A stretch of 7,884 nucleotides of DNA from Promethearchaeia archaeon (lineage in GTDB: Archaea > Asgardarchaeota > Lokiarchaeia > Sigyniarchaeales > SOKP01), in contig JAWOFX010000014.1 of the NCBI GenBank assembly GCA_046497275.1, positions 1 through 7,884 on the forward strand, given 5' to 3'. Positions within the stretch are counted from its first letter, which is position 1, and each line of letters starts with the position of its first letter. The notes under the pieces were generated by a model that saw only the letters and a list, made by a program, of their open reading frames with translations, ran no database searches and was not told the origin of the DNA. The position numbers and the translations under genes were made by a program. This document shows positions 1-5,547 of the stretch, one piece after another.

Positions 1-239
1 ATGAAATATAAAATTTTATATGTAATTTCAATCACTACTTTACGGAATAGGGAATTATTAATACTTATGAAAAATTTTAGCCTTTATGATTTATCGTAAT
101 TAGTAATTTCCTTAAATACTTCAATGATTAAAATAGTTGTTTAAAATTTAGTTTCTAATAATAAATCTTTGAATTGATCTATCACATTAAATATCTACAT
201 AATTTTGTGTTTAATCTTGATGAATACATCTCTTATATA

Positions 240-252
240 GAAAAAACAAAAA
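240..252 (-). terminator. Putative archaeal oligo-T terminator after the oxidoreductase
   Basis: Minus strand reads CTTTTTGTTTTTTC about 17-30 nt after the TGA stop. AT-rich background limits certainty. Confidence 0.4.
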
Positions 253-268
253 GTAAAATTTTGAAATT

Positions 269-1846
269 TCAATTTCTTTTTTTATACCTTGCATATCCAT
301 TCATTACTTTACCATCAAGAATCATATCATTAACTTGCATACCGGCAAGTAAACATGCAAAAACACTATGTATAAATTTTGGTTGGAATAATCCATCAAT
401 AGGTGTACGCATTTTCAACCGTGTTCTTCCGAAATTGTCTGGATATGGAGACATATCATATATTGAACCCGTTGGGGATCCAGAATATCGCGCATAGGTG
501 GCAGGAGTAGAAATATCGAGTACTTTTATATGTTTTCTTAAATCGGGAATGAGATATTTTTCTACTTTATCAATGAAAAAATCAGCCCATTTTTGTTTAC
601 GCTCTTTATATTTTTGATAATCTTTTTCTCTCAACTCTGCCCAATCCCCTAATGCCATAGGAGTAATTCGCACTGAGATATTTGGTTTTCCTCCTGTCGT
701 AAGTGACGGACAAATAACTCCTATATGAAATAAATCATCGGCAAATCCGATCCTTCCTTGTTCATACTCATCAAATAAACGATCAAATGTGTCCCCTCCC
801 GTTGTAATTACATTATATCCACAATCAAGACCTAATGTGTTTAAATCAATCTCGTTGTCTAACCCGATACTTAAATTCATAGAAGAACAAGACATTTTCA
901 CATCTTCCACTTTTTGAGCATATTTTTCATCAAATTCTCTAATTTTATCCAACCCGACCATTTCTTTCATTGCTAATTTGGGATCCACTGTAGTTATCAC
1001 AATATTAGAATATATTTTCTCACCACTCTCTAATTCAACTCCTTGAACTTTCCCTTGATCAATTAAAATTTTATTAACTTTTGTATTAAGGAGCAATTCT
1101 CCTCCCAATTCCAGGTAACGTTCTTCAAGTTTTTTGGAAAACTCTTCAAAACCATTGTGAGGTCGAAAGGCTCCATCCAGTAATGAGTTCATAACTGAGA
1201 TTGGGACGACTGCCGCAACCTTTCCGGGTGGAAGGGCACTAAATTCAGCAAATACTTTAAATATTTCAATTACATCGGGTTCGGTTATACCGAATTTGTC
1301 AAAATACTCTTGAAAAGTCTTTGAGGCATTTCTTACTATTTTTGGACATGTAAACAACATTTTTAAGATATCAACAATATTAGATTCTAATTTTAACTTA
1401 AATAGTTCATGATACATATCCCGAGAATAATCTAAAAATTTCTCAATTTGCTCTGCGTTGTGAGGATATTTTTCCATTAGACTATTTTTAAAAGTTTCAA
1501 CCCCAGAAGGAAGTTCAATCACGTTTATATCATCAGTTTCAGGATCCACTACGAAAATCCTCATATAATATCCTTGGAATTTCCTTAAATCCGCATTTAT
1601 TCCAAAATATTCTAATAAATCGTTAATGTTTGGTATCATTTGGCAAGTATCAAAAAGATAACCCTCTCTTTCATATGAAGTGACAAATCCTCCTGTTTTA
1701 GGGTCTTTCTCTATCAATAAAACGGGTTTTTCTTTAACATCATTATTCAATGCCCAAGTTAGGCCAGAACCCAACCCAGTCATACCTGCTCCAATAACAA
1801 TAACACTTTTTTTTTCTTTTTTAACTTGTTTTTCCAATATAATCAC
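269..1846 (-). CDS. FAD-dependent oxidoreductase, phytoene desaturase (CrtI)/carotenoid isomerase-like family, substrate unknown
   Basis: 525 aa ORF. N-terminal dinucleotide-binding motif VIVIGAGMTGLG, then LLIEK..GG...Y...GYLFD. Later GVELESGEKIYSNIVIT and STPATYARYSGSPTGSIY...RTPIDGLF segments are typical of the family. The annotated start is GTG at 1846; TTG at 1837, preceded by SD-like GTGAT, is an alternative. Confidence 0.85.
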   Translation of the reverse strand: MIILEKQVKKEKKSVIVIGAGMTGLGSGLTWALNNDVKEKPVLLIEKDPKTGGFVTSYEREGYLFDTCQMIPNINDLLEYFGINADLRKFQGYYMRIFVVDPETDDINVIELPSGVETFKNSLMEKYPHNAEQIEKFLDYSRDMYHELFKLKLESNIVDILKMLFTCPKIVRNASKTFQEYFDKFGITEPDVIEIFKVFAEFSALPPGKVAAVVPISVMNSLLDGAFRPHNGFEEFSKKLEERYLELGGELLLNTKVNKILIDQGKVQGVELESGEKIYSNIVITTVDPKLAMKEMVGLDKIREFDEKYAQKVEDVKMSCSSMNLSIGLDNEIDLNTLGLDCGYNVITTGGDTFDRLFDEYEQGRIGFADDLFHIGVICPSLTTGGKPNISVRITPMALGDWAELREKDYQKYKERKQKWADFFIDKVEKYLIPDLRKHIKVLDISTPATYARYSGSPTGSIYDMSPYPDNFGRTRLKMRTPIDGLFQPKFIHSVFACLLAGMQVNDMILDGKVMNGYARYKKRN

Positions 1847-1880
1847 ATTTTAAAGTGTTAATAAAAATTATATCGAAAAA

Positions 1881-1897
1881 GTATATAAAATTATAAC
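1881..1897 (-). promoter_or_regulatory. Putative BRE/TATA promoter of the oxidoreductase
   Basis: Minus strand GTTATAATTTTATATAC: TTTATATA box at 1889-1882, 35-45 nt upstream of the candidate starts, with a BRE-like TATAAT 5' of it. Confidence 0.4.
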
Positions 1898-1992
1898 AAA
1901 AATATAAAAAATTAATAATTCAATCAAATCTATTTGCAAAAACAGAAATCTTATCTTAATGAGACTATCTAATTCTAAAATAAGATATTATT

Positions 1993-2009
1993 AAAAAAAT
2001 AAATAAAAA
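1993..2009 (-). terminator. Putative oligo-T terminator after the TspO-like gene
   Basis: Minus strand TTTTTATTTATTTTTTT starting about 12 nt after the TAA stop at 2022. Confidence 0.35.
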
Positions 2010-2021
2010 GATAATTGAATT

Positions 2022-2804
2022 TTATTTTTGAATATATGTTTTGTATGCTACCCAAAGAACTGCCAAGCCAATAATAATCGCCGCTATAAGAGCTGAAATT
2101 GAAATCAGTAAAGAAACACTTAATTGTTTTAAGAAGATTCCAAACGCAGCCCATATAACAACTAAACTATATGCTATATCTTTTCTCGTGACAAGTGTTA
2201 ACAGTGTTATGATAAGGACGACTATGATAACGAAGACAGTTAAAAATTCTGCCAGAAGAGTATCATTTGGAACCTTTAAATCGACCAATAGAACGGTTAT
2301 TTGAGCTACTGTAGCAACTGTAAGCCAACCAAAGTATACACTAATCGGCAAATGCACAAATAATTTTTCATTTCTGGGTGCATCAGAAATTGCAATCTCT
2401 AATTTCAAATATATGATAAGCAACGAGATGAATAATATGAGAATAGCTATCACTGATCCGATAATAATCCTATAATGCCAGAAGAAGATCCATAAGATAT
2501 TACCTAAACTTCCAATAATAAAAAATACGCTAATCTTTTCTATAAAAGGAAGCTCTTCCTTTTCTGATTTGAAGAGGTCTTTTGCTTGATAAATTGCTAA
2601 AATAGTTATTAACACATAGATGATAAACCATATTGAAAAGACATATCCAGCGGGTACGAATAGATTTGGATACAAATCAGCTAACTCTCCAGTATTATTT
2701 CCACCTATCGGAATAATATTGGCTAAGAGATTCACTACTATTGTCGCAATAACGGCGAGAATATTTCCTATTTGTAATAATTGCTTTTTTTCTAAATTAA
2801 CCAT
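2022..2804 (-). CDS. TspO/MBR-related ('tryptophan-rich sensory protein'-like) integral membrane protein, about 8 TM helices
   Basis: 260 aa, very hydrophobic. NLFVPAGYVFSIWFIIY and GNILWIFFWHY resemble the TspO P..vF..vW..lY and lN..W..fF motifs. SVYFGWLTVA and YSLVVIWAAFGI match the longer TspO-like subfamily. Confidence 0.75.
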   Translation of the reverse strand: MVNLEKKQLLQIGNILAVIATIVVNLLANIIPIGGNNTGELADLYPNLFVPAGYVFSIWFIIYVLITILAIYQAKDLFKSEKEELPFIEKISVFFIIGSLGNILWIFFWHYRIIIGSVIAILILFISLLIIYLKLEIAISDAPRNEKLFVHLPISVYFGWLTVATVAQITVLLVDLKVPNDTLLAEFLTVFVIIVVLIITLLTLVTRKDIAYSLVVIWAAFGIFLKQLSVSLLISISALIAAIIIGLAVLWVAYKTYIQK

Positions 2805-2852
2805 TTAAGATCATTTTTTTTCTTATTTGGATTAAAAAAGAATAATAAAAAA

Positions 2853-2865
2853 AGCTTTAAAAGCT
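2853..2865 (-). promoter_or_regulatory. Palindromic TATA-like element upstream of the TspO-like gene
   Basis: AGCTTT-A-AAAGCT is a perfect 6-1-6 inverted repeat. The minus strand contains TTTTAAAG about 51-58 nt upstream of the ATG at 2804. Confidence 0.3.
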
Positions 2866-2886
2866 ATTATGTAATATTTAAAAAAT

Positions 2887-3420
2887 TTAGAAATTGCACA
2901 TTATAACATATCTTTTCCTATAAATCATAAGTAATAAAGTTGGAAAAATTAAGGTTCCAATGATAATAAATAAAGGAAATCCCGGAATCTGTGGAAGATA
3001 GTATCGTGTTAATGCTTTTGTTGATTTGATAGTTATTATATCAGAGCCATTAGTGAAAATAAGGATTTCTATGTAGAAAATCTTATTCTGGGAAGCGGTA
3101 TAATTGATGAATGGATTTTGAGAAATATTTTGGTCAATAGCTTCAACAAAAATATCAGGATTTAATGTCAGATTTGGGTAGATATAGCTATTTATAGGTC
3201 TCGTATCAAATATAAATAAAGAGATATTTCCTATTTTTTCTCTTGATATCTGAATTTGAACACTTTCATTTACATCTAGGGGAAATAAAAAAAATATGGG
3301 CGAGCTGACCTCGATTTTCTCAGGTTTATTAAATATATAATCAGAATTACCCTTAACCTTGATAATTGGTAATAAAAATAATAAAAAACATAATATAAAA
3401 GCAAGTTTTTGTTTTCTCAT
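2887..3420 (-). CDS. Secreted/surface protein with signal peptide, PPC-like beta domain and PGF-type (Loki-CTERM-like) C-terminal sorting/anchor signal
   Basis: 177 aa. N-terminus MRKQK plus hydrophobic LAFILCFLLFLLPII plus VKG (signal peptide). C-terminus QIPGF, a TM helix, then the basic cluster RKR. Six N-X-S/T sequons lie in the mature part. Confidence 0.75.
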   Translation of the reverse strand: MRKQKLAFILCFLLFLLPIIKVKGNSDYIFNKPEKIEVSSPIFFLFPLDVNESVQIQISREKIGNISLFIFDTRPINSYIYPNLTLNPDIFVEAIDQNISQNPFINYTASQNKIFYIEILIFTNGSDIITIKSTKALTRYYLPQIPGFPLFIIIGTLIFPTLLLMIYRKRYVIMCNF

Positions 3421-3477
3421 TTTTTCAAGAGATAAATAGTATTAGGGTTGTTTATACTAAATAATTTGTAAATATAT

Positions 3478-3975
3478 TTAATTTTCTAAAATTTTCTTTC
3501 TCGCAAAATTAACAAGCCCTCCCGCAGAAATGATCTCTGTTAAAAATGAAGGAATCCTTCTAATTTTGAACTTTTTTCCAGTACTATGATTTTTAATGAT
3601 TCCTCCTTCCAATTTTATTTCTATATCATCTCCCGTTGAGAATTCTGCAATATCTTCAAATTCTATAATTGGTAGTCCAATATTTATTGAATTACGAAAG
3701 AATATTCTTGCAAAGGAGGGGGCGATGATACATTTTATCCCTGCAGTTTTTAGAGAGAGGGGGGCCTGTTCTCTACTTGATCCGCTACCGAAATTAGATC
3801 CCGCAACTAAAATATTTGCCTTAATACTTTTCTTTTTTTTATGAAATTCGGAGTCTAAATCTTCTAAACAATGTTTTGCTAAATGCTCCGGATCAGATTT
3901 GTTTAAATACCTTGCCGGAATGATAAGATCGGTATTTATATTATTTTGGTTATATTTTATTATAACTCCATTCAT
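3478..3975 (-). CDS. leuD: 3-isopropylmalate dehydratase small subunit (LeuD/HacB/DmdB family)
   Basis: 165 aa with NINTDLIIPARYL, GSNFGSGSSREQAP and APSFARIFFRNSINIGLP motifs and a C-terminal AGGLVN. Lies directly downstream of the large subunit. Confidence 0.9.
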   Translation of the reverse strand: MNGVIIKYNQNNINTDLIIPARYLNKSDPEHLAKHCLEDLDSEFHKKKKSIKANILVAGSNFGSGSSREQAPLSLKTAGIKCIIAPSFARIFFRNSINIGLPIIEFEDIAEFSTGDDIEIKLEGGIIKNHSTGKKFKIRRIPSFLTEIISAGGLVNFARKKILEN

Positions 3976-3982
3976 TTTTATG

Positions 3983-3987
3983 CTCCT
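3983..3987 (-). promoter_or_regulatory. Shine-Dalgarno site of leuD
   Basis: AGGAG on the minus strand, 7 nt before the ATG, inside the 23-nt leuC-leuD gap. Confidence 0.65.
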
Positions 3988-3998
3988 ATGGTTTTAAG

Positions 3999-5273
3999 TT
4001 AAAGATATGCAGGAGATGTAATATATCCTGAAATTGCTGAAGCAGCAGCGATTGCGGGATTAGAAAGGTAAACTTCACTCTCTATATGTCCCATTCTACC
4101 TAAGAAATTTCTGTTAGTAGTGGACAAAGCTTTTTCTTTGGCAGCTAAGATCCCCATATGTCCTCCAAGGCAAGGCCCACAAGTTGGTGTCGAAACTATT
4201 GCTCCACTTTTTAGAAAGATCTCTATATACCCCTTCTTAAGAGCTTTAAGATATATTTCTTGTGTACAAGGTATAATAATACATCTCAGATTAGAATTTA
4301 TATTGTGATTTTTAAGAATGCTCGCGGCAATTCGTAAGTCTTCTAATCTTCCATTCGTACAAGAACCTATTACTATTTGATCTATATGTATCTTTTCGTT
4401 ATAAACTTCTGATATGGGTTTATTATTTTCTGGAAGATGAGGATAAGCTACTTGTGGCTCAATAGAATTGCAGTCAAATTCTATTATATCTTCATATTCT
4501 GCGTCAGAATCATTTTCATACATTTTATAATTTTTAATACCACCTTTATGTAGATATGATTCTGTTATTTCGTCTGGGATAATAATTCCGTTTTTACCCC
4601 CCGCCTCAATTGCCATATTACACATAGTAAATCTATTAGTCATTGAAAGATTTTGTATAATTTCTCCCGTAAATTCCATAGCTTTATATGTTGCTCCATC
4701 TACTCCAATTTGACCGATGGTATATAATATTAAATCTTTTCCCGAGACCCATTTGTCTAACTTTCCAGAATAGATAAATTTTATAGTTTCTGGTATTTTG
4801 AACCAACATTTTCCTGTTGCAATTGCGACTCCCAAATCCGTTGAGCCAACTCCAGTTGAAAACGCCCCTAAAGCACCATATGTACACGTATGAGAGTCTG
4901 CTCCTATAAAGAGATCTCCGGGAGAAACTAAACCTTGTTCTGGAATAAGACAATGCTCTATTCCAACTCTTCCTGTTTCATAATAATTCGAAATATTGTA
5001 TTTATGGGCAAAAGTTTTTAAAATTTTACATTGTTCAGCAGATTCGACATCTTTATTTGGAGTAAAATGATCTGGTGTGAGGATGATACGTTCTGAATTA
5101 AAAACGGTACGATCAGTTTCTTTAATGATATCTTCAAATACTTTAATAGCTATGGGAGCAGTTATATCATTTGCTAAACATTTATCAATATCAGCTAATA
5201 TTAAATCTCCCGCAACGCCCTTTTTGTCTTGAGTATGTTCTCTTAAAATCTTTTCAGTTATTGTTAAACCCAT
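3999..5273 (-). CDS. leuC: 3-isopropylmalate dehydratase large subunit (LeuC/HacA/DmdA aconitase family)
   Basis: 424 aa with DHFTP, GIEH, GADSHTCTYGALGAFSTGVGSTD and STTNRNFLGRMG. All three [4Fe-4S] Cys ligands are present (IGSCTNGR, PTCGPCLG). Confidence 0.93.
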   Translation of the reverse strand: MGLTITEKILREHTQDKKGVAGDLILADIDKCLANDITAPIAIKVFEDIIKETDRTVFNSERIILTPDHFTPNKDVESAEQCKILKTFAHKYNISNYYETGRVGIEHCLIPEQGLVSPGDLFIGADSHTCTYGALGAFSTGVGSTDLGVAIATGKCWFKIPETIKFIYSGKLDKWVSGKDLILYTIGQIGVDGATYKAMEFTGEIIQNLSMTNRFTMCNMAIEAGGKNGIIIPDEITESYLHKGGIKNYKMYENDSDAEYEDIIEFDCNSIEPQVAYPHLPENNKPISEVYNEKIHIDQIVIGSCTNGRLEDLRIAASILKNHNINSNLRCIIIPCTQEIYLKALKKGYIEIFLKSGAIVSTPTCGPCLGGHMGILAAKEKALSTTNRNFLGRMGHIESEVYLSNPAIAAASAISGYITSPAYL

Positions 5274-5452
5274 ATTTTAATCAAATAAAAAGTATTCTAA
5301 CCACAATTTAATTAGTTAAAAAAATTATTAATTCTTTAAATTTTTATTCTTTAGGCTTATTTACTGATTTAATTGATTTTTATCTATAAATTAGCTTTTA
5401 GAGGATCTTAATATTAATTTTGTTCGAGCTGAAGCAAGTGTGGTTTCTTAGA

Positions 5453-5465
5453 ATCTGTTACAGAT
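5453..5465. promoter_or_regulatory. Perfect palindrome ATCTGT-T-ACAGAT in the divergent leuC/dapF intergenic region; candidate transcription-factor site
   Basis: 6-1-6 inverted repeat with two G:C pairs per arm, read directly from the sequence. Function is inferred. Confidence 0.35.
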
Positions 5466-5509
5466 AATAAATTTTTAATGAATTTTAGAAATTTTTTTGA
5501 GTTATTTTT

Positions 5510-5521
5510 AATAAGTTATAT
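5510..5521 (+). promoter_or_regulatory. Putative BRE-TATA promoter of dapF-lysA (probably leaderless or short leader)
   Basis: AATAAG followed by TTATAT at -32..-27 from the dapF ATG. No SD-like sequence precedes that ATG. Confidence 0.4.
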
Positions 5522-5547
5522 TAGTTACTACAGTAAAAATAGAAAAA

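Noticed and set aside
1-99. 32-codon ORF MKYKILYV... starting at base 1
   Set aside because: Short, AT-rich codons, no upstream context visible; expected by chance.
174-497. 107 aa + strand ORF
   Set aside because: Antisense overlap with the 3' end of the oxidoreductase, TTG start in AT-rich DNA, no recognisable motif.
1807-1815. A9 tract early in the oxidoreductase, considered as a phase-variation site
   Set aside because: Similar A8-A9 runs occur in leuD (3833-3840) and dapF (5841-5849); they are Lys-codon runs in an AT-rich genome and all frames are intact.
1863-1911. A-tracts spaced about 9-13 nt and a repeated AAAATTATA (1864, 1887)
   Set aside because: Spacing is irregular and the region is about 90% AT; not distinguishable from background.
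2041-2808. + strand ORFs 2041-2304 and 2620-2808
   Set aside because: Antisense shadows of the TspO-like gene.
2890-2901. C-terminal MCNF of the CTERM protein, considered as a CaaX prenylation motif
   Set aside because: Cys is third from the end, not fourth.
3596-4953. ORFs 3596-3844 (+), 4120-4308 (+) and 4684-4953 (-)
   Set aside because: Fully nested in leuD/leuC. The Arg/Ser/Trp-rich 89 aa ORF is a typical alternative-frame artefact and leuC is uninterrupted.
5422-5427. GTTCGA, resembling a tRNA T-loop
   Set aside because: No T-stem, acceptor stem or cloverleaf can be formed around it.
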